DNA from: a bacterium | GTDB taxonomy: Bacteria; Zhuqueibacterota; QNDG01; JAFGCO01 | Direction of reading: 5' to 3' | Length of the DNA: 64,000 nt | Assembly (NCBI GenBank): GCA_016930535.1 | Contig: JAFGGN010000062.1 | Span: 207-64,206, forward strand | Shown here: positions 9,838-21,111 of the stretch, piece by piece | Layout: every line of letters starts with the position of its first letter | How positions within the stretch are numbered: position 1 is the stretch's first letter | Position numbers and translations under genes: made by a program | Notes under the pieces: model-generated | The model's input: only the letters and a program-made list of their open reading frames with translations | Told to the model about the DNA's origin: nothing | Database searches by the model: none

Positions 9838-10578
9838 TTATCCCTTCGAGAAAAAATCGTCCACTTTCTGAATACCCGCCGACCGCGCTTCCTTGAGCGG
9901 ACCGCAGAACAATACTTTGCCCCTGTCCAGAAAAATCACATGATCCGCGATGCGCTTGATACTGGCTACTTCATGTGAAACCAGAACCACGGTCATGCCC
10001 AGTTGATCGCGCATTTTCAGAATGAGCTCATCCAGGCCCGCGGAGGTAACCGGGTCCAGTCCGGCCGAAGGCTCGTCCCCGAACAGCAGGGGCGGATCCA
10101 GGGCGATGGCCCGGGCCAGTGCGGCCCTTTTCCGCATGCCTCCGGAAAGTTCGGACGGATAGCGGTCGATGGCATGTCCCAGTTCGACCAGGTCGAGTTT
10201 GATTTCCACCAGTTTCCGGATGATTTCGTCGTTGAGGTCCGTATGCTGTTCGAGCGGGATGGATACGTTTTCCGCGACACTCATCGATCCGAGAAGTGCT
10301 CCGTTCTGGAACATGACGCCGATTTTCCTCAGAATGGTATTGAATTCGGGCTCATCCAGTTCCGTTATCTCCTGGCCGAAGAGGCGGATGGATCCGGACC
10401 AGGGCTGAAGCAGCCGTATCAGGTGTTTCAACAGCGTGGTTTTTCCGCACCCGCTGGATCCCAGAATGATCGTGATCTGGTTGCTTGGTGCATGGATGGA
10501 AACATTATCCAGAACCCGGATATCCTCATATCCGGATGTAAGGTCGCTGACTTCGACGATGTGCCGTGATTCGTTCAT
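9838..10578 (-). CDS. mlaF: MlaF-like ABC transporter ATP-binding protein
   Basis: GSSGCGKT, FQNGALLGSMSVAENV, ELSGGMRKRAALARA, DEPSAGLDP. Confidence 0.88.
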   Translation of the reverse strand: MNESRHIVEVSDLTSGYEDIRVLDNVSIHAPSNQITIILGSSGCGKTTLLKHLIRLLQPWSGSIRLFGQEITELDEPEFNTILRKIGVMFQNGALLGSMSVAENVSIPLEQHTDLNDEIIRKLVEIKLDLVELGHAIDRYPSELSGGMRKRAALARAIALDPPLLFGDEPSAGLDPVTSAGLDELILKMRDQLGMTVVLVSHEVASIKRIADHVIFLDRGKVLFCGPLKEARSAGIQKVDDFFSKG

Positions 10579-10616
10579 GGTCCGTTTTCTTTCAGAACAT
10601 GCTTCGTGATCATGAT

Positions 10617-11738
10617 CTATATGTCAATCGTCTGCCCCAGGTAAAAAATCAATCCGAGTATGGAATCCGCGAAAATCACCGCGAAAATGGAGGACACCAC
10701 CGAAGCGGTCGTGGCTTTGCCCACTTCGGCCGCACCGCCCCGGACGCGAAAACCATGATAAGCACCCAGAATCACGATGAGCCATGCGAATACGACGCTT
10801 TTCACCAGCCCCGTGATAATGTCCTTGAGAAACAGCGCACTGACCACCTGATTGTAAAAAGGTTCCAGTCCGATTTCCAGGTAAGTCAGACCGATCACGA
10901 AAGCGCCGAGAATACCGATAATGACCGACAGAATGGTGAGCAGCGGCATGGCCACGGTCATGGCGTAAAATTTGGGAACAAGCACGTACTGAACCGGGTT
11001 GAGCGCCATGGATTTCAGGGCATCGGTTTCTTCGGTGACGACCATGGTTGCAATTTCGGAAGTGATGGCCGAACCGCTGCGGCCCGCAAGCATGATCGCC
11101 GTCATGATCGGTCCCATTTCACGGGTCATGGAAATGGCGATCAGATCCGCCACATAAATGGCCGCACCGAACTGACGCAGCTGGGCGGCGGACTGCAGTG
11201 CGAGAATGAGTCCGATTAAAAAAGAAACAAGCCCGACAATTGGAAACGCATTCATTCCGATGAGGACCAGCTGATTGGTAAATTCGCCCTTGCGCTGGCC
11301 ATGCCTCTTCGTCAGGTTCTGTACGCTGTAATAGAATGTGTCTGCGATCAGGTAAAACAAGTCGTGCAGATGGTGCCCGACATCATAGGCAAAATTACCC
11401 ATCCTGGCCAGAACAGAGGCTTCCCTGGGCGGTCCGGGAGTGCCTTTCGAATCCTTTTTTCCGCTGAAGGTGGTCATGGCCTGGTCCACGAATGCAGGGA
11501 TCCTGGTCCAATGAAGCCGGATGTTTTTGGCGGCAGCGCTGTTTTTCAGGGTTTCCAGAAGCACCACACCTGCGGTGTCGATTTTTTCCACACGGCTCAG
11601 ATCCACGGAAAGATCCGGCTGTGCATGCAGTTCAAGAAGCTGCCCGGCCTGTTTCAGGACAAGACTGACCATGGGAATGGTCAATTCGCCCTCGATGGCC
11701 AAATCCATGCCGGTCCATGTGATTTGGGTCTCTTTCAA
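10617..11738 (-). CDS. mlaE: STAS-domain-fused MlaE-family permease
   Basis: N-terminal STAS (DLSRVEKIDTAG); REMGPIMTAIMLAGRSGSAITSEIATM motif. Confidence 0.9.
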   Translation of the reverse strand: MKETQITWTGMDLAIEGELTIPMVSLVLKQAGQLLELHAQPDLSVDLSRVEKIDTAGVVLLETLKNSAAAKNIRLHWTRIPAFVDQAMTTFSGKKDSKGTPGPPREASVLARMGNFAYDVGHHLHDLFYLIADTFYYSVQNLTKRHGQRKGEFTNQLVLIGMNAFPIVGLVSFLIGLILALQSAAQLRQFGAAIYVADLIAISMTREMGPIMTAIMLAGRSGSAITSEIATMVVTEETDALKSMALNPVQYVLVPKFYAMTVAMPLLTILSVIIGILGAFVIGLTYLEIGLEPFYNQVVSALFLKDIITGLVKSVVFAWLIVILGAYHGFRVRGGAAEVGKATTASVVSSIFAVIFADSILGLIFYLGQTIDI

Positions 11739-12358
11739 GGCAGGTCTCCGGGGACAGGCTGATTGAGCATGCCAGTCATTTCCGATACAAACCGTTCCGT
11801 TTCGTCATAGAGTATACGGCTGACGGTTTTTGCAAAGGCGTTCATGTTTTTGTCGTCTTTGAAAGGTTCGTTGCGATCGAAAGTGTGCCTGAGAACCGAT
11901 CCGCCGCTCTCCTTGTCGATCAGTTCTATGGTGCCGGATATGCTGGCCGAAATCGTTTTGCCGGTTTCATTTCTTTCGAGATGCAGCATATTGCCGGTTA
12001 CGATGTAATCCGGCTGGGACGAAAAACCGCGGGTCAGCCGTTCAAAAGCGGCATGATGCTGGAGCACCTGAAAAACCATATCTGCAATACCGGCGCCGGG
12101 ACGTACGGCCCAATGATGATAAAAATAGTAATTCATTTCATTCGAATTGGAACGCAGGGCAATGCGCGTCTGATCGACGGCCCGTGAAATTTCAAAATCC
12201 CGCACATCCACCTTCACCGGAAGCAGGATGTGTTCCGTGGAATCGGGCATTGAACCAGCCGGCATTTCAATCAGGTAATACTTGCGCAAAACCGCTTTTT
12301 TGCCGCACATAGAGAGCACCATCAAAGCGGCCAGGCATATCACAATCATGCGTTTCAT
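11735..12358 (-). CDS. ABC-type transport auxiliary lipoprotein (PqiC-like)
   Basis: Lipoprotein signal (LSMC), YYLI, HHWAVRPG..ADMV; position in the Mla operon; start set at MKRMIV. Confidence 0.75.
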   Translation of the reverse strand: MKRMIVICLAALMVLSMCGKKAVLRKYYLIEMPAGSMPDSTEHILLPVKVDVRDFEISRAVDQTRIALRSNSNEMNYYFYHHWAVRPGAGIADMVFQVLQHHAAFERLTRGFSSQPDYIVTGNMLHLERNETGKTISASISGTIELIDKESGGSVLRHTFDRNEPFKDDKNMNAFAKTVSRILYDETERFVSEMTGMLNQPVPGDLP

Positions 12359-12359
12359 C

Positions 12360-13343
12360 TCATTTCTCCAGTTTTTCATCAGGGACATTGGCGGGCTTCG
12401 TACCCCGTACAAGCAATGACGGATCCTCTGTTATCATGCGGCTGAACTGATTCAGGTACTCCGTGCTTTCACGAAGCGATTCCATCGTGGCGCTGAAATC
12501 GACCCAGGTTTTAGAGAGATTCGAGTCCATGTCCTTCATCATGTTGTTGGTATGATGCATGGCCCTGTTCAGATCCTCCAGCAGTCCGACAAGATTCGCC
12601 TCGTTGATGGCCTCGGATATCTCCACCAGATTGGCCATCAGCATTCTCAGGGAATCCGATTTCACGATGTGTTCAATCTCAAGCATCGTATTCTTCGATG
12701 ATGCAAGAAGCTGCTGAAAATCATCTGAGCTTTGCTTGATGTTTGACAGGGCGGTCGTGAGTCCCTCCTCGTTTTCGGACAGCAGTTTTTCGAGTATGGC
12801 CATGCTCTTGGCCGAATTGTCGAGCAGGCTGATCAGCGTTTCCCGGTTTTCGGCATTGGTGAGAATCGCCATGTTGTTCAGCATGATTTCCGCTTTTTCC
12901 ATCATCGTTTCCGCTTTTCCGGTAATGACCTCGGTCGTGGATTCTCCTGGCAGAATGAACTCCCCGGGTTGTACATAATCGGATTGGTTGGTGCCGCCCT
13001 TCAGTTCTATGATTTTCAGACCGGTAATGCCCAAAAGCTCGATATCTGCATAGGTGTCCGCCTTGATGGGCGTGCCGTGATCCACACTGATTTCAACGAT
13101 GACGCGTTCGATATCCTTCGGATCGATATAAATGGTGCTGACATAACCGACGGTCAGTCCATGATATTTGACGGCACCGCCCTGCTGCAGGCCGGTCAGT
13201 GATATGCCGCGGTATCCGATCGAATAGAAATCCCGGTGTTCGAAAAATTTGGGAGCGACAATGATGATCAGCGTGGCGATCAGCAGAAACAATGCTGATA
13301 TGATAAAGATGCCCAGACGGACTTTTTGGGATCGTGTGACCAT
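12360..13343 (-). CDS. mlaD: MlaD/MCE-domain protein
   Basis: N-terminal TM, GLQQGGAVKYHGLTVGYV, GITGLKIIEL, C-terminal helical region ending DPSLLVRG. Confidence 0.88.
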   Translation of the reverse strand: MVTRSQKVRLGIFIISALFLLIATLIIIVAPKFFEHRDFYSIGYRGISLTGLQQGGAVKYHGLTVGYVSTIYIDPKDIERVIVEISVDHGTPIKADTYADIELLGITGLKIIELKGGTNQSDYVQPGEFILPGESTTEVITGKAETMMEKAEIMLNNMAILTNAENRETLISLLDNSAKSMAILEKLLSENEEGLTTALSNIKQSSDDFQQLLASSKNTMLEIEHIVKSDSLRMLMANLVEISEAINEANLVGLLEDLNRAMHHTNNMMKDMDSNLSKTWVDFSATMESLRESTEYLNQFSRMITEDPSLLVRGTKPANVPDEKLEK

Positions 13344-13479
13344 AAAAGGATCTCCCAGCGGATGATTGCGAATGATAAAAAAATAATCTTAAAAGAAGCA
13401 CGACAAGGTGTCATCGGGAATTTATCAAATATGCGGTATTGAAGCAAGGATTTTTTCGGCAAATTGGTTTTCTGTGGTC

Positions 13480-13700
13480 CACTGGATCGCTGTATCGTAA
13501 TGTGAAACGGAGAAACGGAGCGGGAGAGAGCCGGAGAAAATAAGTCAGTATCGAACAGGGAGGTATGTGCGGATATTTTTTTCTCCGTTTCTCATTTTCT
13601 CCGTATCCCCGTTTCACATCCCGACTCAGCGACTCCACGGACCCAATAGGCTCAATGACCCTGATATTCTCCGGTTCACGGTTTCCGGACGCGCATTTTC
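13480..13700. repeat. Modular intergenic repeat, copy R4
   Basis: TGTGAAACGGAGAAACGGAG...TTCTCCGTTTCTC..CCCCGTTTCAC inverted arms followed by GACCCAAT module. Confidence 0.8.
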
Positions 13701-13760
13701 ACTTGATCCCTGACCTTCGAATGCATAACTTCGGGGTAACTGTCCGGCCGGAGGTATTGT

Positions 13761-14453
13761 ATGAGATCTGAACCAGCCATGCGTTCCGTTTTTATCTGGC
13801 TTTTTCTCTATGCGGCTGCGATGGCCTTTGTGGAATCGGCCGTGGTCGTGTATTTGCGCTGGCTCTATTATCCGGATGGATTTTCGCTCACGGTTCAGTC
13901 ATTTCCTGTAAAAACCGTGCTGATCGAGGCGGTTCGTGAAGCGGCGACGCTTGTCATGCTCTTTTCAGTGGCCGCTCTTGCCGGAAAAAGCCGGGCAGAA
14001 CGCGCCGGCGCTTTCATTTTCATGTTCGGTGTGTGGGATATCTTCTACTACGTCTGGCTCAAGGTCATGCTTGACTGGCCGGCCGCGCTCACGGATCCGG
14101 ATATTCTGTTCCTCATTCCCGTGGCATGGGTCGGACCGGTGCTGGCACCGGTCCTCGTGTCCTGCGGAATGATCGCTGTTGGGATCCTGCTCTTTTATTA
14201 CGAACGGCATGCATGCTGCATCCGTACGGATATGATCGTGTGGCTGCTTGTTCTTGGGGGATGCGCAATCATATTCGCTTCGTTTGTATTCAATACAGGC
14301 ATGTCTGGAGAGGATATTTCCGGAACAAGGTTCAGGTGGGAGCTCTTCCTGGCCGGAACGGGAATGGCCGCGGGAGGAGCCTGGAGGATGTTCCATTCTC
14401 CAAGATTAAAGAACAAAGAACAAAGATTAAAGATCAAATCTGGCGGAACTTGA
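13761..14453 (+). CDS. Conserved hypothetical integral membrane protein; C-terminus read through a repeat
   Basis: Multiple hydrophobic segments, EAVREAAT and WDIFYYVWL motifs; last residues RLKNKEQRLKIK are encoded by the heptamer module. Confidence 0.75.
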   Translation: MRSEPAMRSVFIWLFLYAAAMAFVESAVVVYLRWLYYPDGFSLTVQSFPVKTVLIEAVREAATLVMLFSVAALAGKSRAERAGAFIFMFGVWDIFYYVWLKVMLDWPAALTDPDILFLIPVAWVGPVLAPVLVSCGMIAVGILLFYYERHACCIRTDMIVWLLVLGGCAIIFASFVFNTGMSGEDISGTRFRWELFLAGTGMAAGGAWRMFHSPRLKNKEQRLKIKSGGT

Positions 14454-14870
14454 GACGGAGTGTCGGAGTAGAGGAGAAACGGAGATGACAATCGCTGACC
14501 GCCGGAAATTCCAAATAACTCCAAATGACAAATAAATCCCAAATCTAAAATTTGAAAATTCAAACAAAAGAATAAGGCCTTGGACTGCAACGGAGAACCG
14601 GAGATACGGAAACGGAGAAAAAGAAGTTCTGTCTGCAAATCCGCTCTGTTATTTATACTCCGTTTCTCATTTTCTCCGCGTCTCCGTTTCACGTTCTGAT
14701 ACAACTCACCTGAAAGTCTCTGCGTACTCTGCGCCTTGCAGTTTTCTCCATCTTTTTCTCCGTTTCTCCATCTCTCTGAAGCCCCGTTTCACGCTCCGCC
14801 CCAATGACTCTAAGACCCAAGGACCCAACTGACCCAACGACTCTGTGACCCAACAGACCCAACGGCTCCG
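14402..14870. repeat. Modular intergenic repeat, copy R5 (largely an inverted copy of R3)
   Basis: 14476-14797 is the reverse complement of 9455-9787 with scattered substitutions; GACCCAA module 14812-14865. Confidence 0.9.
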
Positions 14871-14879
14871 CATCACGAT

Positions 14880-16565
14880 TTACGGCGTCGTATAACCCGC
14901 TACCCGGTAATTGAATTCATAGGTCATGGCGCCGCTCCAGGTTGTATCGAAAACGCCCTTGTACCGCGTGCCGTCCACCGGGCCGACCGATTTGCCGTAT
15001 GTGTAAAACCAGTTCAGGATGGGCCCTCCTGTGAATCCCAGGCGAATCCAGTAGCGGCCCGGAGACAGTTTCTGATCCGATGTCTGAAAATTGAAGTCCG
15101 CCCAGTCATAGCTTTGACGCAGCGGAATGCCGGCCAGATCCATGAAATCGCTTGTGACCAGCACATCGCCGGGCATGCCGTTCGTGTCTTTGAGCAGTTC
15201 CAGCCAGATTTGTCCGCTTCCGCCGAATTTTTTCATGGCAAGCCCAATTTTTGCCAGTTTCAACGGTCTGTCCAGAATAAAGACCTGTGCGAACTGAATA
15301 TCCTTTTCGGTGACAAACTCCGCGGTTTCGACCATGAAGTTTTTCTTGAGCACGACTTCGTCTTCCTGGCCCTGTCCGGCGCTGCGCACATCGAAGAAAT
15401 TAAGGCCCCTCGGATAATCCAGATTACCAAACAAATAGGGTTTGGAGAGCTGGAGATGGTCCAGACGGTCCTGGGGAATTGTTTTGGGCGGCGGCGGTGT
15501 TTCCACCTTGACGGGAACGAATGCGGCCTGAACCTGCGGGACAAGGAGCATGTTTTTGGGGCCGTAATTCTGTTTGGCCATGGACAACTGAACCTGGTCC
15601 GCCGTGAAATCCGCTTCGATGGTTTCATGGAATTTGGGCCGTCCCTGCACGCCTTTGGCCTGGCGCCATTTGACGGTTCCGTCATTGACGGTTTCATTGT
15701 TGTCCACACCTACTTCCAGGCGGACGAACCGGTTTGAAACGAACAGCTCCGTCTGCTGCGGATCGAACGGAACCCATCCCAGATCCGGGAACCAGACTTC
15801 GATCCACGAATGCCGGCCCTGACCCATCTTGAAGGTGAATTCTCCTTCGGTTGTTTTAATCGTATAGGGCTGCTTCAGGGTAACGCCGTTGACGATACGC
15901 ACGGGTATGCCGGCCACGCGCATCAGGGCCGCCGAAAGGTGCGAATAATTCTGGCAGTTGCCTTTTCCGCTTTGAAAGCTGTATAAGGCGTCGTACTGCC
16001 TCGGCGGTGTGACGTAACGCAGGTTATCCACCACCCAGGACAGGATGCGCTGAACCGCGTCGAACTCGGTGGTTACACCCTGTACAAGGGTTCTGGCCCG
16101 TGACTGGATCCCGGGATCATTCGATTGCACCTGCTCGGTCGGCAGCAGGTAATCACTGAATTCAGGGGGTATATTGGACAATGGAAACGCCGCGGTTGAT
16201 TTGAGCGGTTTCAGATCCGTTCGCGTCACTGCGGTGAACCGCATGGCCACATCCACGGGTTGAGACGGTTTTGTCCATTCCAGCTGAACCACCTTGTTGC
16301 CCCTTTTATCCACGCTTTCATTCTGTTTGGACGGCTGCGGTCTCAGATCCAGCCGGTAATTCTCGATGGCCTGCCTGTATGTGGGTGAATCGAAGGATTG
16401 GGGAACTACGAAGCTGAGTTTGATATACTTTGTATCGCCGGCGGGTTCGATCTGCTGTGTGAGTACATAATTGAACCTTGAATTCTGTCCGCCGTTGATC
16501 AGATAGTTTTCTGCATGCGCCAGAACGGACAGCATGATGGCCAAAACAAGGAAAAATCGTTTCAT
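14880..16565 (-). CDS. Secreted transglutaminase-like domain protein
   Basis: Signal peptide MKRFFLVLAIMLSVLAHA; GNCQNYS, RHSWIEV, WVPFDP catalytic C-H-D pattern; start set at 16565. Confidence 0.82.
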   Translation of the reverse strand: MKRFFLVLAIMLSVLAHAENYLINGGQNSRFNYVLTQQIEPAGDTKYIKLSFVVPQSFDSPTYRQAIENYRLDLRPQPSKQNESVDKRGNKVVQLEWTKPSQPVDVAMRFTAVTRTDLKPLKSTAAFPLSNIPPEFSDYLLPTEQVQSNDPGIQSRARTLVQGVTTEFDAVQRILSWVVDNLRYVTPPRQYDALYSFQSGKGNCQNYSHLSAALMRVAGIPVRIVNGVTLKQPYTIKTTEGEFTFKMGQGRHSWIEVWFPDLGWVPFDPQQTELFVSNRFVRLEVGVDNNETVNDGTVKWRQAKGVQGRPKFHETIEADFTADQVQLSMAKQNYGPKNMLLVPQVQAAFVPVKVETPPPPKTIPQDRLDHLQLSKPYLFGNLDYPRGLNFFDVRSAGQGQEDEVVLKKNFMVETAEFVTEKDIQFAQVFILDRPLKLAKIGLAMKKFGGSGQIWLELLKDTNGMPGDVLVTSDFMDLAGIPLRQSYDWADFNFQTSDQKLSPGRYWIRLGFTGGPILNWFYTYGKSVGPVDGTRYKGVFDTTWSGAMTYEFNYRVAGYTTP

Positions 16566-16712
16566 GACGATCTCCTTTTTCAATGGTGATTTGGTTGGCG
16601 CGGGCTGGAGCGCGTCAGAAACACGTCCCCGGGGCGCCTTTGTAATGAATAAAATTAAATCGAAAAAATCCAAAGCTTTTTTTCTGTCCGTCATCGCCGG
16701 ACCGGTTTTCAA

Positions 16713-18905
16713 TCAGGGACGTCCCAGATGGGTCTCAATAAAGTCAGTCATGAGCCGGTACAGATGGACGCGTGTCTTTCTTCCGCCGATGCCATGGTCC
16801 TTATGCGGATACAGCATCAGTTCGAACGGTTTGCCCTGATTCTGCAGTGCATGGATCAGCGCCAGCGTGTTTTCCACATGCACATTGTCATCTTCCGTGC
16901 CATGGATGAGCAGCAACCCCCCGCGATACAGACCGCTGTGGAAAAGCGGGCTCGATGCATCATACCCCTGCTGATTGTCTGCGGGCAGTCCCATGTATCT
17001 TTCGGTCCAGATGGAGTCGTAATACCGCAGATCAGTCACGGGGGCGACGGCGATCCCGCACCGGAAATTCGGAGCACCTTTGGTCATGGCCAGGCACGTC
17101 ATCCATCCGCCGCCGCTCCATCCCCAGATGCCCACACGGTCCGGATCCACATAATCCAGTTGCCTGAGCTGATCGGCAGCCTCAACAAGATCCTGAAGCG
17201 CCCGGCTCATGTCCAGATACAGCATGTTCTTGAAGTCATTGCCCCGGAATCCGGTTCCCCGGTTGTCCACTGAAAATATGCAGAATCCTTTCTGACAGAG
17301 CAGCTGATTCCATAAATTACCCTGTCCGCGGCGCCAGCTGTCAGCCACGATCTGTGAGCCCGGACCGCTGTACGTGTATATCAGCACCGGGTACTTTTTC
17401 CCCGGATCGAAATCGACGGGTTTCATGAACATGGCATTGAGCTTCAGACCGTCCGACGTGACCATTTGCGTGAATTCGGGCCTGGTCAGCCGGTATTCCT
17501 GTAATGCAGGCAGATTTCCTGCCGATAGAATATGCATCAGGGATCCGTCCGCCCGATGCAGTGTGATCCTGGGCGGTGTCGTGCTGTTCGAAAATGTATC
17601 CATAAACATGCGGCCGTCGGGCGACATGTCGATTTCGTGCATACCGGGGGTCCGCGTGACCCGTTCCATATCCGTTCCGTCCTGCCGTATCCGGTACAGA
17701 TGCCGTTCCAGGGGTCCCTGTTCCGTGGCCATGAAATAGATCCACGGATCTTTCGCATCCGCATGAACGAGTTCGGTCACCTCCCAGTTTCCCCTCGTGA
17801 TCTGACTGAGCAGCCGGTCCTGATGATAGAGGTAGATATGGGCCCAGTTGTCCCGTTCTGACAGCCAAAGAAAGCGGTCCTCGCTGTCGAGAAATACAGG
17901 TTCGCCCAGCACGTCCACCCACCCGGACGGATCGGTTTCCGTCAGAACAGGCCGGGACTTGCCGGTCTTTGCATCGGCAAATATCAGGTCCAGCCGGTTC
18001 TGGGCGCGGTTCAGACGCTGAACGGCCAGGGTGCGGCTGTCCGGAGCCCAGGTGATGCGGGCGATGTAATCGTCGCTCTTGTGGCCGGTATTCAGCCATG
18101 TGATTTTCCGGCTGTCCAGTTGGACGACGCCGATGCGCACCCTGGCATTCGGATCCCCGGCCGTTGGATAACGGTACGGGCGCAATTCCTGATGACCGTT
18201 GTTTTCACCCGTCAGTGTGTAAACGGGTTCACCTGCAATGTCCAGTTCATAAAAGGCAATGGCGCGGCTGTCCGGGGACCAGAAAAAGCCCCTGCGCATT
18301 CCGAATTCTTCCTCATACACCCAGTCGAACCGGCCGATGAGACGCGTGTCGGTTCCGTGATCGGTCAGCCTAGCCTCATGCAGTGAGTTCACGTCGAGAA
18401 CGCAGAGATTGCCCTTTTTCAGATAAGCGACATGTTTTCCGTCCGGTGAAATCAGCGGGTCCCGTTCGGGTTCCTTGTCGTCGGTGAGGCGCCGGGTTTT
18501 CTTCGATTTCAGATGAATCCAGTAGAGGTCGTCCGAAGCGGGCAGAAGCAGCGACTCCCCGTCCGGCGCCCATATGTAATTGGGCAGTGTGAAACGGTAC
18601 TCAGTTTCAGGTGCCTGAAGCACCGGAACCGTTTCCGGATCGATCAGCGGGCTCGTCAGTCCGGTTTCCGTATCGATGCGGAAAACGGCCGGTGTGACCC
18701 TGCCTTCGGGTTTGTCATAGTAGGTAATGCCGCCGGAACGGGGGCGCCAGGATATGGTCTGCCAGGAAGGCCCCCGGAATTTATCCGTACCGAAAATATC
18801 CTCGACCGTCCATTGCTTCCCGGGAATCATGTGTGTCGAAGACGGCACGGTCTGAGACAGAGCGGCCTGGAGCAGGATCAGGGCAAGGTTGATGGCGTTT
18901 TTCAT
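16713..18905 (-). CDS. S9B dipeptidyl peptidase IV family protein
   Basis: DWVYEEEF, GIWGWSGGG nucleophile motif, HGTEDDNVH, YPHKDHGI. Confidence 0.92.
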   Translation of the reverse strand: MKNAINLALILLQAALSQTVPSSTHMIPGKQWTVEDIFGTDKFRGPSWQTISWRPRSGGITYYDKPEGRVTPAVFRIDTETGLTSPLIDPETVPVLQAPETEYRFTLPNYIWAPDGESLLLPASDDLYWIHLKSKKTRRLTDDKEPERDPLISPDGKHVAYLKKGNLCVLDVNSLHEARLTDHGTDTRLIGRFDWVYEEEFGMRRGFFWSPDSRAIAFYELDIAGEPVYTLTGENNGHQELRPYRYPTAGDPNARVRIGVVQLDSRKITWLNTGHKSDDYIARITWAPDSRTLAVQRLNRAQNRLDLIFADAKTGKSRPVLTETDPSGWVDVLGEPVFLDSEDRFLWLSERDNWAHIYLYHQDRLLSQITRGNWEVTELVHADAKDPWIYFMATEQGPLERHLYRIRQDGTDMERVTRTPGMHEIDMSPDGRMFMDTFSNSTTPPRITLHRADGSLMHILSAGNLPALQEYRLTRPEFTQMVTSDGLKLNAMFMKPVDFDPGKKYPVLIYTYSGPGSQIVADSWRRGQGNLWNQLLCQKGFCIFSVDNRGTGFRGNDFKNMLYLDMSRALQDLVEAADQLRQLDYVDPDRVGIWGWSGGGWMTCLAMTKGAPNFRCGIAVAPVTDLRYYDSIWTERYMGLPADNQQGYDASSPLFHSGLYRGGLLLIHGTEDDNVHVENTLALIHALQNQGKPFELMLYPHKDHGIGGRKTRVHLYRLMTDFIETHLGRP

Positions 18906-18915
18906 TGCGGACCTC

Positions 18916-20154
18916 TTATTTAACCTCGTATTTCAGGAGGATGTCGTACCGTGTCGTTTCGGAATACCGGGCCCCGATCTGCAGATCGCCGGATTCCGGG
19001 ACCAGGACTTTCGTGAACCGGTCCTCCGGCTTTTGATCCATCGATTCCCATCGGCCGTTCTGAATCAGACACACATCCAGGGCACCGGGTACGATCACAT
19101 CAAAAGTATAAGACGTGCCGCGGCTGAGCAGTCCCTCGACCGGTCCGATAATCCGGGCCTTACGGTCCTGATAGGACTGGAACATCAGGGGAAAACCGCT
19201 GCCCGATTCTCCCGCTTCTGCGGCTTCTATGCGGTAGTCCAGGGCCCAGGTGTATTTGCCCGTTTCATGCCTTCCCCGGGCAAACAAACGCAGCGTGAAG
19301 GTTCCCTTTTCAGGGAAATGGACATGCACTGCAATGTCGTCCCCTTCGTCCTGGACCAGTGTAAAACGTTCGTTTATCTCCCTGCCGTCTTTCAGCAGCC
19401 TTGCTGTCAGCATGGCTCCTTCCGGATTCCCGAGCCGCACGGACAGTCTGTCTCCGCACCGTATTGTTCCCCGGTCCTGGTTTTTCAGGCGCAATCCGTT
19501 TTTAAAAAATGCAGCTTTCAGATAGGGCAGTGCCTCGAATTCGTCCTGACTCAGTTTGGAAGGCAGCAGCTGCCAGTTTTTGTTTTCCGGAAAATGCGTA
19601 TAGATCAGGTTTTCGGGGTCCGTTAAAAAATAATAATCGTCAAAGTTTCTCACAAACCGTCCGGATTCGTCCATATGACCCGCGCCCCATGTGGCATCGA
19701 TCAGCTGCCAGCGCCCGTCGATCTGAACGGCATTCCACGCGTGATTTGCAGGGCCCGAAAAATGATCCCCGACCCTGTAATTGTACCCCTTGGCATACCC
19801 GCTGATTTTGAAGATTTTCAGGTCCGCGGCCGTGCCGAGCTGTTCGAACAGGGTGGAAAATCCGTCACACACGGCTGTTCTGTCTTTCAGTACATCGCCT
19901 GATCTGTGAGGTGAGCCCGTGAAATAGGCCTGTGTATCGTATGTGATATTGGCCGTGATCCACCTGAAAATGGCCCTGATTTTTTCAGTATCGTTTTGCG
20001 CAGGCGCGGTCAGATAACGGGCCAGTGCTTCCACGGACTGTTCGGCCTGCGGGGGAGCTTCGAGCGCATACCGGTCGATGCGGCCGTAATCTGTTTTTGA
20101 CATAAGCCATCCTGTTGCAATGAGTAAGGCCAGCAATATGATTCTCAGTTTCAT
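18916..20154 (-). CDS. Secreted transglutaminase-like (KY/CYK3-type) peptidase
   Basis: Signal peptide; IFRWITANITYD, AVCDGFS, HAWNAV, LIDATWGAG, YFLTDP. Confidence 0.85.
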   Translation of the reverse strand: MKLRIILLALLIATGWLMSKTDYGRIDRYALEAPPQAEQSVEALARYLTAPAQNDTEKIRAIFRWITANITYDTQAYFTGSPHRSGDVLKDRTAVCDGFSTLFEQLGTAADLKIFKISGYAKGYNYRVGDHFSGPANHAWNAVQIDGRWQLIDATWGAGHMDESGRFVRNFDDYYFLTDPENLIYTHFPENKNWQLLPSKLSQDEFEALPYLKAAFFKNGLRLKNQDRGTIRCGDRLSVRLGNPEGAMLTARLLKDGREINERFTLVQDEGDDIAVHVHFPEKGTFTLRLFARGRHETGKYTWALDYRIEAAEAGESGSGFPLMFQSYQDRKARIIGPVEGLLSRGTSYTFDVIVPGALDVCLIQNGRWESMDQKPEDRFTKVLVPESGDLQIGARYSETTRYDILLKYEVK

Positions 20155-20388
20155 GGCCGTTTCCTGTTTTGAGCTCCGGCCGGGCCGGCATGCTGTTTTT
20201 CACGATCGGATGCCGGTTTTATCCTGCAAATATAAGGCCGGACGACCGGAACCGGACAGTGGACCGTGCATTTTACACAATGATGGTTAAAAAATCAATG
20301 ATAAATCTGAATACACGATGCATAATTATCTTGACAATCATTGAAAATCTGTGTAAACTTAATGCGTTAAAAACAAAAAATATTAACT

Positions 20389-21070
<682 letters not shown>

Positions 21071-21111
21071 TCCGTCATCCCTCTTAAGAGAAAAACGAAA
21101 GAGGAACCGGT

